This document shows positions 8,794-17,560 of a DNA stretch of 39,316 nucleotides, one piece after another. The number at the start of each line of letters is the position of its first letter. Position 1 is the stretch's first letter. Location: assembly GCA_045596805.1 (NCBI GenBank), contig JAZOCY010000037.1, positions 1 through 39,316 on the forward strand. Direction: 5' to 3'. The position numbers were made by a program, and so were the translations under genes. Under the pieces are notes generated by a model, which did no database searches, was not told the origin of the DNA, and saw only the letters and a list, made by a program, of their open reading frames with translations. Origin of the DNA: Eubacteriales bacterium (GTDB lineage Bacteria > Bacillota > Clostridia > Oscillospirales > CAG-272).

Positions 8794-9981
8794 ATGAAAA
8801 AAAGTATAATTTTATTCGCTTTAGTTATGTTAACGCTTTTTGCTGTCGCTTCCTGCGGCACTGAAAAAAAGCCTGCTGAAACTACGGAAACACCGAGCGC
8901 TTCCTTGCCTGTTATTACGCTTAGCACAACCGAAGCGCCCATAACGACAGATCCTATAACGACGGACGAGCCCGTTGTGTCGACAACCGTATTCTCGGAG
9001 ACAACCGCGCCTGTCACAACGAATCCGTTTGTGTCGGTTGAGGCTCCCGAGCTTACAATTCCCGAGTCCGTCTTGGTGCTTACTCCCCCCGAGGTAACCA
9101 GCTTTGAATATTACGCTTTGCCGCCTATCTGGGTTCAGGAGGAGGTAGTTCTCAAGGAGACTCTCACAAGAGACGACATCTACAGAGGAACGCTCTTGCT
9201 CATAAATAATGATTATCCTGTTCGTAACGAAGCAGACCTCGCTGAAAATTACTTAAAGGAAATTTACGGCAACAGAGCCAAAAAAGACGGAAATTCGGTA
9301 TATTGGCTCGTAGATAATCAGCTTAAAGCAAACGAGGCGGTAATAGATGCGCTTAATGAAATGTTTTCTGCCTACTATGATGAGGCGGGAGAGGATTTCG
9401 TGCGATTGACCGTATATACCGCTTACCGTTCATCTGCCGAGCAACAGGCAATTTACGACAAGCAGTATAAAACGTATGGCGAGGATACCTCTGAATACGT
9501 TCCTATGGCAGGACATAGTGATTATCAGGCAGGTCTCAGCGTGTTCTTCAAGCACAGCGCGAACGGTCTGACATACGAGATGAGCTCACAGGAAGCGAAA
9601 CCCGCTCTCGACTGGCTTAAAAAGAATGCGTACAAGTATGGCTTTGTATTCCGTTATCCCACCGATAAAGCGGATATTACGGGAATCTCGGACGAGAACG
9701 CTCAGTATCAGCTTCGTTACGTAGGAAAGGCGCACGCCCTCTTTATGAATGAGTTCAATCTCTGCCTTGAGGAATACATTCCGTTCTTAAAGACATTTAA
9801 ATATGGCGAAAATCATCTTCTCATGTACTTCATAGGCACTGTGTATGAGACCTTCTACGTAGAGTCTGAGGAGGACGTAACCGAAATCAGACTTGCCCTT
9901 GACGCCGTATATGAGGTTTCGGGCAATAATGCCGACGGATTTTTCGTTACTATTTACAGAGATTTGACTGTGGAAGAATAA
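8794..9981 (+). CDS. VanY/peptidase M15B-like lipoprotein, zinc ligands apparently substituted
   Basis: Start at ATG 8794 (MKKSIILFALVMLTLFAVASCG, lipobox AVASC). It has a long Thr/Pro-rich linker. The VanY-like core shows AYRSSAEQQAIY, AGHSDYQAGLSVFF and YGFVFRYP...QYQLRYVG. Confidence 0.8.
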   Translation: MKKSIILFALVMLTLFAVASCGTEKKPAETTETPSASLPVITLSTTEAPITTDPITTDEPVVSTTVFSETTAPVTTNPFVSVEAPELTIPESVLVLTPPEVTSFEYYALPPIWVQEEVVLKETLTRDDIYRGTLLLINNDYPVRNEADLAENYLKEIYGNRAKKDGNSVYWLVDNQLKANEAVIDALNEMFSAYYDEAGEDFVRLTVYTAYRSSAEQQAIYDKQYKTYGEDTSEYVPMAGHSDYQAGLSVFFKHSANGLTYEMSSQEAKPALDWLKKNAYKYGFVFRYPTDKADITGISDENAQYQLRYVGKAHALFMNEFNLCLEEYIPFLKTFKYGENHLLMYFIGTVYETFYVESEEDVTEIRLALDAVYEVSGNNADGFFVTIYRDLTVEE

Positions 9982-10010
9982 TCAAAAGGAAAGCACAGTA
10001 TATATAAATT

Positions 10011-10655
10011 ATGCGTAAATACAATAAATTTTTAATATTGCTTCTCTGTATATCTCTCTCCTTTTTGGTGTCCTGTATGAATGAGCGAAAAAGTGATACC
10101 GATACTACAGAAAAGCAGCCTGACGGTATTTTGACAGATGTTGTAAATACCGAAGCACCCGCTACGGAAGCACCGTCCGAGACATCTGACGTTACCACGC
10201 TGAATACGGAGGAAGCACCTAAAACGGATGCGCCTCAGATAACGCCTGAAGAACCCGTCGTTACGACAGCGCAGCTTACGACAATAGCCCTGCCCGTAAC
10301 TACTTCTCCTGTAACTACATCTGAACAACCCACGTCTCCGAGCGAGCCATCCATCGAATACGATGACGAAATTCTGCTTGACCTGATGTATCAGACGGAC
10401 GACGACGGAAAATGGTCGGGCTTCGGAAAATATATAGCTAATTATGAAGAGATAGACGAGGTCGATTATCTGTTAGTCTTACGTTCACAAGAAGCGTATG
10501 ATGAAGCGAATTTCATTTTGAACGGAGAAGCAGATAAAACAATAACTGACCTTTACGAGAGCTTTAAATCGGATATAAAGCTCATTTTGAGCGTCAATAG
10601 CGTCGAATTTACCGAAAAAGACGTTTTAGGATATGAGGTTATAAAGCTTCAATAA
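10011..10655 (+). CDS. lipoprotein with Thr/Pro-rich stalk, unknown C-terminal domain
   Basis: Signal peptide with lipobox (LSFLVSC), then about 90 aa of T/P/E-rich linker and a roughly 100-aa globular C-terminus. Confidence 0.6.
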   Translation: MRKYNKFLILLLCISLSFLVSCMNERKSDTDTTEKQPDGILTDVVNTEAPATEAPSETSDVTTLNTEEAPKTDAPQITPEEPVVTTAQLTTIALPVTTSPVTTSEQPTSPSEPSIEYDDEILLDLMYQTDDDGKWSGFGKYIANYEEIDEVDYLLVLRSQEAYDEANFILNGEADKTITDLYESFKSDIKLILSVNSVEFTEKDVLGYEVIKLQ

Positions 10656-10689
10656 ATCGGAAAAAATTTTTATCAAGACTTGATTTGAT

Positions 10690-10729
10690 GTACAGAGGTA
10701 CTGTGTCTTATACAGCACCTCTGTTTTTT
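10690..10729 (+). terminator. rho-independent terminator
   Basis: GTACAGAGGTACTGTG-tcttat-ACAGCACCTCTGT followed by TTTTTT. Confidence 0.7.
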
Positions 10730-10822
10730 ATTATTCGGCTATTACTGAATGTGAAGTTTTTTAGGCAAAGCTGCTGACGGCATTGCTTTGACCTCTAAAA
10801 TCGCCGATTTTGCGTCTCAGCT

Positions 10823-11152
10823 TTACTTGCAAAGGATGACCTCGCACGGTTTTCCTGTCTTCTCGGCGTACCTTATGACCGATAACGTTCCTTTTGAGTG
10901 CCCATTCCAGAAAGCAATAACCTTATCAGCATAGTCTACTATTTCTTTGTTTCTCGCTATCGGCGCAGCGCGTCCGTAAAGCTTATATTGAGGTAGAAAT
11001 ATGGTCAGCTTTATTCCGTTTGCCTCTGCATAGTCGGCGGCGTAGGAGTCTATTCCTTTAGCGCCACCCGAAACAATTTCCTCACATTCTGAAATATACC
11101 TACTTATATCAATTTCGGTAATATCTCTTGAACCAATAACTGCAAGTTTCAT
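10823..11152 (-). CDS. small SLOG-fold protein (DUF2493 / DprA-LOG-like)
   Basis: MKLAVIGSRD...SGGAKGIDSYAADYA...ARNKEIVDYADKVIAFWNGHSKGT is the Rossmann-like SLOG pattern (GSR, GGAxGxD). Start at ATG 11152 with a GGGAGG RBS (the track ORF extends to 11215). Confidence 0.6.
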   Translation of the reverse strand: MKLAVIGSRDITEIDISRYISECEEIVSGGAKGIDSYAADYAEANGIKLTIFLPQYKLYGRAAPIARNKEIVDYADKVIAFWNGHSKGTLSVIRYAEKTGKPCEVILCK

Positions 11153-11260
11153 ATAAACCTCCCAAAAAATATTTAGTATACTTAAAATGAGTATACTAAC
11201 AACATTATACCACAAAATAATCTTAGAATATACTTATATTAAGATTTTTTGGAGATTTTT

Positions 11261-11452
11261 ATGAGAAACAAAAATAATAAGCATCTTGGAATAGAAATTG
11301 ACCCCGAGCTTCATTACAAGTTGCATTATATATCAAAGTATTACGGACGCTCGGCAAATGGGGAAATACTTTATTTAATAAGGCAGGAAATAAAGGCTTT
11401 TGAGAAGCTTGAAGGAGAAATTGAAGTTCCGCAAGCGCAAAAAGAAAATTGA
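11261..11452 (+). CDS. ribbon-helix-helix (Arc/CopG-like) DNA-binding protein
   Basis: HLGIEIDPELHYKLHYISKYYGRSANGEILYLIRQEIKAFE fits a beta-strand plus two helices. Start at ATG 11261, 6 nt after GGAG. It is divergent from the SLOG gene. Confidence 0.5.
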   Translation: MRNKNNKHLGIEIDPELHYKLHYISKYYGRSANGEILYLIRQEIKAFEKLEGEIEVPQAQKEN

Positions 11453-11471
11453 GCATACTTGTCAAAGTATA

Positions 11472-11513
11472 AAAGAGGCATCTGTGTTTTTTCACAGATG
11501 CCTTTGTTTTTTT
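11472..11513. terminator. bidirectional terminator between the RHH gene and rlmH
   Basis: AAAGAGGCATCTGTG-tttttt-CACAGATGCCTTTG followed by T7, with an A-rich 5' flank that serves the minus strand. Confidence 0.7.
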
Positions 11514-11556
11514 ATTATTGTGTCAGCGCGCAAAAAGGAAGGGCTAAAACAATTTT

Positions 11557-12033
11557 CTATTTGTGATATCTTTTGTTTGCTATAATCGAAAAAGAGCGAT
11601 AAAGCGCTTCAAGCAGGATTACCCTCATAAGCTGATGGGGAAAGGTGAGGCGAGAGACGGAAAGCCTGTAATCGCATTTTTGCTTCACCTTGTCGTGCAA
11701 GCCGTGAGAGCTTCCTATTATCAGACATATTTTTCCACTTGTGTCAGAGGCTTTGCGAATAATTTCGGATAGCTTCAAGGAGTCGGGAGACTCTCCCTCA
11801 ACGCAAAGCGCGATTTTATATGAGGTGGGCGGTATTTTTGAAATTATTTTGTCGCCTTCCTCACAAAGAGCGTTTTCAATTTGCGTTTTATCGTCCTCAT
11901 TTGCAATCCTGCTTTCCTTTATGTTTACGTTGTTTATCGCGCAGAATTGCGAAAGTCGCTTTTCATATTCCGAAGCGCTATCCTTGAAAACAGAGGATAG
12001 CGCGCCTACAGTTATAAGAGTAAGCTGTACCAT
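11557..12033 (-). CDS. rlmH: 23S rRNA (pseudouridine1915-N3)-methyltransferase RlmH
   Basis: SPOUT fold. The C-terminus IGSSHGLHDKVKQKCDYRLSVSRLTFPHQLMRVILLEALYRSF is characteristic of RlmH. Confidence 0.9.
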   Translation of the reverse strand: MVQLTLITVGALSSVFKDSASEYEKRLSQFCAINNVNIKESRIANEDDKTQIENALCEEGDKIISKIPPTSYKIALCVEGESPDSLKLSEIIRKASDTSGKICLIIGSSHGLHDKVKQKCDYRLSVSRLTFPHQLMRVILLEALYRSFSIIANKRYHK

Positions 12034-13280
12034 TATTTGATTTTTCTGCTTTCTATATAATATCTCTTGTCTTTTGCGTGTCCCATAGAAAAGGTTTTTC
12101 TGGGGAGAGCGCCATCTCGGCTTACCGCAGTAAATAGGTCGGATTTTTTCATTCCGTCAAAGAGAAAGCCCACTGCGTTTTCCGCCCTTGTCACGCTTTC
12201 AAGCGAGTCTTTTCCGTGAATGTAGTCTATTCTACATTCCGTGTGCGCCTTCAAGTATTCGTCAAGGAAGATTTGCAGAGTGCCGACAGTAAGAGTATGC
12301 GCCCCACGCTCAAATTTTATTTCCTTCTCCTTGCCGTTATAAATACACAAAACACTCTGCGACGGATACTGCGAATTGTCGGGATTTTTTTCAGTCTCGG
12401 AGGCAAAGCGCTCAAGCGAGCTTATAAGGGATTCGTTGTCTGCGTCGAAGACTGCGCGATAAATAGGCTCAAAATTAAGGGAAGTGTCGTGAATGTTTAC
12501 CACCTCAGCCAAAGCGTATCTTGCGGGATGGTTCTTCGCCTCATCACCGAGTTCGAGTTTTAATGCCTCGTAGTGCGCTTTCGCCGTAGCGAGAGAATGG
12601 TTTCCGTCGCCGACGGCAAACAGAAGCGGATTTTCCTCGCCCTCTGCGAGCTTATTTAACACAAGCTGAAGGTCCGATATTGCCCTTTCGTCCATAAAGT
12701 ACGCCTTTACACTGCCGCCGCCGAGCATAAGCTCAAAGTCGTAAGCGACTGTAAAATCGTTCTTTCTCTCGGCAATTTTTTCAATGCCCGCTCTCTCTTC
12801 ATCGTCAATAAGAAGCATTACGTGAGGAAGCTCTATTTCAGCATTACGGCGCACCTCAACTCGCGGGGGAATACGCTCTAAAACAGTACCCTCTGTCGCG
12901 CGTATCAGCGAACACGAATTTTTTTGATAATCATAGCATTCAAGGTCGATTTTTCCTATAACGCCTCTTCGTATATTTCCGACGGAATCGGTTCTCTCAA
13001 GATATATCATACAGTCAGGATGAATGCAAAGCACGGTGTCTAAATATTCTTTCATTTCTGCGTTTATTTTTTCAACACGGGACTGTCGGTTGTCCTCTAA
13101 ATATATTTCGGGCAACACAAGATTTAAAGCGGAGGCGTTTTCGCCCACAAGCGATTTTACCTCGTTCCAATAGTCAGGCTCACTTGTGAATTGGTCGCAT
13201 GCAATAACTGCCCATTTCGTGCCGTCTGTCTTATTAAAGTCGGGTAAAAGAACGTCTGCTGTTTCCAAATAATGTCTCAT
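12033..13280 (-). CDS. DUF1015-like protein
   Basis: 415 aa with motifs WAVIACDQFTSEPDYW and VGDGNHSLATAKAHYE, recalled from the clostridial DUF1015 subfamily. It overlaps rlmH by 1 nt. The family assignment is from memory only. Confidence 0.5.
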   Translation of the reverse strand: MRHYLETADVLLPDFNKTDGTKWAVIACDQFTSEPDYWNEVKSLVGENASALNLVLPEIYLEDNRQSRVEKINAEMKEYLDTVLCIHPDCMIYLERTDSVGNIRRGVIGKIDLECYDYQKNSCSLIRATEGTVLERIPPRVEVRRNAEIELPHVMLLIDDEERAGIEKIAERKNDFTVAYDFELMLGGGSVKAYFMDERAISDLQLVLNKLAEGEENPLLFAVGDGNHSLATAKAHYEALKLELGDEAKNHPARYALAEVVNIHDTSLNFEPIYRAVFDADNESLISSLERFASETEKNPDNSQYPSQSVLCIYNGKEKEIKFERGAHTLTVGTLQIFLDEYLKAHTECRIDYIHGKDSLESVTRAENAVGFLFDGMKKSDLFTAVSRDGALPRKTFSMGHAKDKRYYIESRKIK

Positions 13281-13418
13281 TTTACAATCCTTTTCTTTTT
13301 ATTTTTTGTATATGCAAATACATTAAGGGTACAATAAAGTCAGGGAAGACGAAGCGAAAAAATCATTAAGGTTTTCATCGCAAGTATTTCCCATCCATTT
13401 TAAAAAAGGGGAGCTTCG

Positions 13419-13616
13419 ATGAAGAAAACCGATATGCCGCTTGGTCTTATGCACGAATTGACAAAGGACAAAAGAGCTATGCAGAATTACGCCGCTCTTA
13501 GCGAGCAAGAACGGCAGCAAATTCTCATAAGGGCTAAAAAAGCAGAATCAAAAGAAGATATGCATTTGATAGTAATGTCCCTGTCAGATAAAACCAGCGC
13601 GGTAGAATATCAGTGA
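13419..13616 (+). CDS. small hypothetical protein (65 aa)
   Basis: The ATG lies 5 nt after a GGGGAG RBS. The protein is hydrophilic and helical, and no family was recognised. Confidence 0.4.
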   Translation: MKKTDMPLGLMHELTKDKRAMQNYAALSEQERQQILIRAKKAESKEDMHLIVMSLSDKTSAVEYQ

Positions 13617-13693
13617 ATCGATTTTTCTTACGCTTTATTTACTGATAGTAAAGCGTGGTTTGTAAAAAATTAAGAACCTTTAAAAAATGGAGG

Positions 13694-13736
13694 TCGGTAC
13701 GGTATGCCTGTTGATAAGCTGCCGTGCCGATTTTTT
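13694..13736. terminator. bidirectional terminator
   Basis: TCGGTACGG-19 nt-CCGTGCCGA followed by TTTTTT on the plus strand. An A-rich 5' flank gives a U-tract on the minus strand, downstream of the desulfurase gene. Confidence 0.55.
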
Positions 13737-14910
13737 ATTTTATACGCGCAAGCTTAGAAAGCCCCGACTTAAGAGAAGCGCAGAGCGCATCAACGTCAAG
13801 CCTTGTGTTAGCGTGAGAAAAGCTTATGCGGATACTGCAGTCGGCTTCCTTTTCTGAAAGGCCGAAGGAGGTAAGCGCGTTTGAAATGTGCGAATCGTGT
13901 GATGAGCAGGCAGACCCGCTTGATACATAAATTCCCTCTGAGGAGAGGTGGTTAAGCATAACCTCACTTTTGATATTTGGCATAGTAAGGTTGAGGATAT
14001 GCGGCGCATGTCTTTCGGGCAATATGGGTTTTATTTCGCCAAGCTCTGCGTCTGACGCAATGCGCTCTAAAAGGTATGAGCGAAGCTCTTCCGTTTTTTC
14101 CATATGCTCGCCAATATTGCTCTTGCAGTACTCACAGGCAGAAGCAAAGGCGGCAATTCCGGGAACGTTTTCCGTACCCGAGCGAAAGCCGTTTTCCTGT
14201 CCACCGCCAAAAATCATAGGAGATATGCCCTTTTGCTTTACAAGCTCTCGGTCTATCCAAAGCGCGCCCAAGCCCTTTGGCCCCTCTATCTTGTGCGAGC
14301 TTACCGTAAGCATATGTATTCCGAGCGTCTTTACGCTAAAAGGAATTTTCATATAAGACTGAGTCGCGTCGCAGTGCAAGACGCAGTCCTTGCACCTGCT
14401 CTTTATAAGCTTGGAAACAGACGCAATATCATATAAAGCGCCCGTTTCATTGTTTACCATCATCATAGTGACGAGAACTGTATTTTCGGTAAGCTCGCGC
14501 TCTAATATATCCATATCGAGCTTGCCCCCGCGCGTCGGTATCTTCGCTATTTCGAAGCCCTTTTCTCTCAGCTTGTCGAGAGGAATATCGACCGATGCGT
14601 GCTCGCCCTCGGTAGTTATTATTTTAGCTTTGCTTTTTACATAACGGTCCTTTGAAAAGGCTCGTCCGAAAATGGCTAAATTATTAGCCTCGCTTCCACA
14701 GGATGTAAACACAAGTGTACCGTCAGACGCGCCTACAGAACGAAGGATAGCGTTTCGGGAGGCATTCACAATATCCTCAGCTCTCTTTCCTCTGCTATGA
14801 CGCGAGGACGGGTTGCCGTAATTGCTTTGTGAAACCTCTATATAGGTCTTGAGCGCCTGCTCGCAAATTTTAGTTGTCGCGCTGTTGTCAAGGTAAATTT
14901 CCTTTGTCAT
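13735..14910 (-). CDS. cysteine desulfurase (NifS/IscS-type, class V aminotransferase)
   Basis: PLP-lysine motif SSHKIEGPKG and catalytic-loop motif SSGSACSS. 391 aa. Confidence 0.9.
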   Translation of the reverse strand: MTKEIYLDNSATTKICEQALKTYIEVSQSNYGNPSSRHSRGKRAEDIVNASRNAILRSVGASDGTLVFTSCGSEANNLAIFGRAFSKDRYVKSKAKIITTEGEHASVDIPLDKLREKGFEIAKIPTRGGKLDMDILERELTENTVLVTMMMVNNETGALYDIASVSKLIKSRCKDCVLHCDATQSYMKIPFSVKTLGIHMLTVSSHKIEGPKGLGALWIDRELVKQKGISPMIFGGGQENGFRSGTENVPGIAAFASACEYCKSNIGEHMEKTEELRSYLLERIASDAELGEIKPILPERHAPHILNLTMPNIKSEVMLNHLSSEGIYVSSGSACSSHDSHISNALTSFGLSEKEADCSIRISFSHANTRLDVDALCASLKSGLSKLARIK

Positions 14911-14911
14911 A

Positions 14912-15460
14912 TTAGTTAAACCTGAAATTTTCTATAATTTTATACACAGCGTTTAAATTGCTGTCAAACGGAACCTTTCCAAGCTCGTTTTCCTCATTTA
15001 AAGCAGTATAGGTGAAAGTGAACAGATAGACTCCTTTTACAGCAAAGAGCTGTATAAACTGATATTCGTTTCCGTTATAGGTAGCCTTATAGGTATATCT
15101 TGCCGCGTCGGTTTCGCCCAGCTTGGTATTGACGCCGCTTTCGACAATCTCAAAATTATCAAAAATCGAGTTAAACTGTGATACTCGGTTTTCCCAATAT
15201 TCAGCAATAGAGCTTTCCTTCGGTACTTCATAGGTAACGCTTACGTTTGAACGGTCGACTGCCGAAACGTACGCGCTTGTAATTCCCGTAGTCATATCCG
15301 ATACCCAGCCTTCGGGAACGTAGAGAGAATAATATTTGTTGATTTCGGGGTCGGACACCAGCTTCATTCCAACGGGCGTGTCACTCTCGGACTGTGAGCA
15401 ACCGCAGAATATGAAGAGGCAAAGCGAAAGAGCGATAGCGAAAGATATGATTTTTTTCAT
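14912..15460 (-). CDS. lipoprotein, unknown function
   Basis: Signal peptide with lipobox (LFIFCGC). The mature domain is about 160 aa and beta-rich. Confidence 0.6.
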   Translation of the reverse strand: MKKIISFAIALSLCLFIFCGCSQSESDTPVGMKLVSDPEINKYYSLYVPEGWVSDMTTGITSAYVSAVDRSNVSVTYEVPKESSIAEYWENRVSQFNSIFDNFEIVESGVNTKLGETDAARYTYKATYNGNEYQFIQLFAVKGVYLFTFTYTALNEENELGKVPFDSNLNAVYKIIENFRFN

Positions 15461-15470
15461 TTTTTTCTCC

Positions 15471-16481
15471 TTAAAGTATTGCCGAAAAATCAGAATTTAA
15501 CAGAGCTTCGGCAAGTATTTGCGCATTTTCTATATCCTTTAAGCTCATAATCTGAGCGCAGGAGTTGGGATTTTGACAGGGAAGCGTAATTCCCGCAACC
15601 ATAGCCCCACTATGGCTTGACTGTACGGCGGCAAGCTCTGAGCTGCCAAAGGAGGAAAGCTCGTTTTGTAAACTTAAGCTTGTCTTTTTAGCAACGTCTC
15701 TTATAAAATCGGTAAGAGTCTCGTTGCATATGAGAGACTTGTCCTTTATTTTTATACCGACGCCCTCGCCGACAGCAAGAGGCATGCCCGTATTATCCTT
15801 GTGAGAGGAAAGAGAAGCGTCAAAGGAAATGGCGACGTCGGGCGATATGGCATACGATGCAGGCTTTATACCTCTGTTGCCCACGTTTTTCTGTACCGAA
15901 AACACAAAATAAATATCGTTTTCGCAGTTAGCTATTTTCTCCGAAGCCGAAATCAAAACGGCGCAGGAAGCGCGTCCGTCAAGGGCTTTCGTGGATATTT
16001 TTTCGTTATAAAGCTCTGTGAAGCTACTGTCAAAAACAAAGGTTTCGCCGAGCGAGACCGCTTTTTCGGCTTCGGCCTTGCTTTTTGCGCCTATATCTAC
16101 GTAAAAGCTGTTGAACGTGGGATTTTTAAGCTCGGCGCTCTCGGTGAGCATTAAGCCCTCTGCGCCGTTTTCAAAGCAAACCTTTCTATAAATAGCGGAA
16201 TAGACGTCAGTGTCGCCCAAAGCTGAAAATCGGATACGTCCGTTTTCCTCTATATGCGTAGTAAGAAATCCGCATTCGTCCATATGAGAGAATAGCATAA
16301 TCCTCTTGCGACAATCAGACGAGCCCTTTTTGTAGGCTATAACGTTTCCGAGACGGTCACGCTTACATTCGTCGAAAAACGGGGATATCTTTGATATTAT
16401 GAAATTTGCTATTCTTTCCTCATATCCCGATACGCCCTGTATGGCGCACAACTCTTTTATCAATTCTATATCCATTTTCAT
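15471..16481 (-). CDS. M42-family peptidase paralog, probably catalytically inactive
   Basis: M42 fold motifs are present (FSHMDECGF, ALDGR). However, the QEEVG motif reads QKNVG, and the C-terminal His motif reads CQNPNS instead of RYxHS. Confidence 0.8.
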   Translation of the reverse strand: MKMDIELIKELCAIQGVSGYEERIANFIISKISPFFDECKRDRLGNVIAYKKGSSDCRKRIMLFSHMDECGFLTTHIEENGRIRFSALGDTDVYSAIYRKVCFENGAEGLMLTESAELKNPTFNSFYVDIGAKSKAEAEKAVSLGETFVFDSSFTELYNEKISTKALDGRASCAVLISASEKIANCENDIYFVFSVQKNVGNRGIKPASYAISPDVAISFDASLSSHKDNTGMPLAVGEGVGIKIKDKSLICNETLTDFIRDVAKKTSLSLQNELSSFGSSELAAVQSSHSGAMVAGITLPCQNPNSCAQIMSLKDIENAQILAEALLNSDFSAIL

Positions 16482-17560
16482 ACCTCTCTTTTTCGCAAAA
16501 GCTCAAAATCGCGTACAATGCGATAAAGAAGCTCTTCCATAGCGTAGTAATCCCGTAGGTCAGAAACACAGGCAGGGCTGTGAAGATATCTTGTAGGGGC
16601 GCTTAAAGCAAGCACGTGACAGCCGTCCGACGCGCGATGAATATGCGAGGCGTCGTTGCCCCCCGAAACATATTCCTTGAGCTGCACAGCAACTTCATTC
16701 TTATAACGCAAACAAAAGTTTACAAAATGCCTGTCATAGACGGTGCTTCTGTCAGCGAGGGAAATTGCCCCGCCACGCCCAAGCTCAGCGACTCTCATAT
16801 GAGACGGAGTACCGTAAATATCGGATACCGCAGTCGTCTCAACTATAACGGAATATTCGGGGGAAAGTCTGGTGGCGACTGTAAGCGCGCCCGACAGTCC
16901 CGTTTCCTCTCTCGTCGTAAAGCAGAAAGTGATATTAAAATTTCTCAATACTCTTTCTTTAGAGAGCCTTTTGATAAGATTTATAAGAACGGCGCAGCCT
17001 AAACGGTCATCAAGCGCCTTGCATTTGACTTTGCTTCCGTTTTCACCGAAAACCACGAAATCCGAGTCAAACACGGCGCAGTCGCCTATATCTACCGTCG
17101 CTTCGGCTTCGGCTTTGCTTTTTGCGCCAACGTCTATATACATCTCTGAGAGTGGAGTTACAGAGTCGCGCTCGTCCTTTTCCTGTAAATGCGTGGGCTT
17201 TACGCTTATTACTCCGCTTATTTTTTTGCTATCGCGCGCAAAAATTGTCAGACGCCTGCCGGGAACTATTTTTTCATTGAGCCCACCTATTTCGTCGAAG
17301 CGCAAAAAGCCGTTTTCATCATAGCCTGTAATCATAAGCCCGACCTCGTCCATATGGGCGCAGAGCATGAGCGTGGGCGCCGTCTCTCTCTGCTTGTCCG
17401 CAGGCAGAAAAGCTACGAGATTCCCGAGCGCGTCCGATGAAATATCGGTTATAAATGGCGATATTTCCTTTTCTATAATCGAGCGAACCTCGTCTTCAAG
17501 CCCCGACGGACCGAAGGCGAGCGAGAGAGCTTTTAAAAGTTCAATTTTTTCTTGCATCAT
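16478..17560 (-). CDS. M42-family metallo-aminopeptidase (canonical motifs)
   Basis: AHMDEVGLMI, ALDDRLGCAVL, TREETGLSGA and PTRYLHSP are all present. The start is probably one of the tandem ATGs at 17560 or 17557, just after GGAGG (the track ORF begins at 17575). Confidence 0.85.
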   Translation of the reverse strand: MMQEKIELLKALSLAFGPSGLEDEVRSIIEKEISPFITDISSDALGNLVAFLPADKQRETAPTLMLCAHMDEVGLMITGYDENGFLRFDEIGGLNEKIVPGRRLTIFARDSKKISGVISVKPTHLQEKDERDSVTPLSEMYIDVGAKSKAEAEATVDIGDCAVFDSDFVVFGENGSKVKCKALDDRLGCAVLINLIKRLSKERVLRNFNITFCFTTREETGLSGALTVATRLSPEYSVIVETTAVSDIYGTPSHMRVAELGRGGAISLADRSTVYDRHFVNFCLRYKNEVAVQLKEYVSGGNDASHIHRASDGCHVLALSAPTRYLHSPACVSDLRDYYAMEELLYRIVRDFELLRKREV

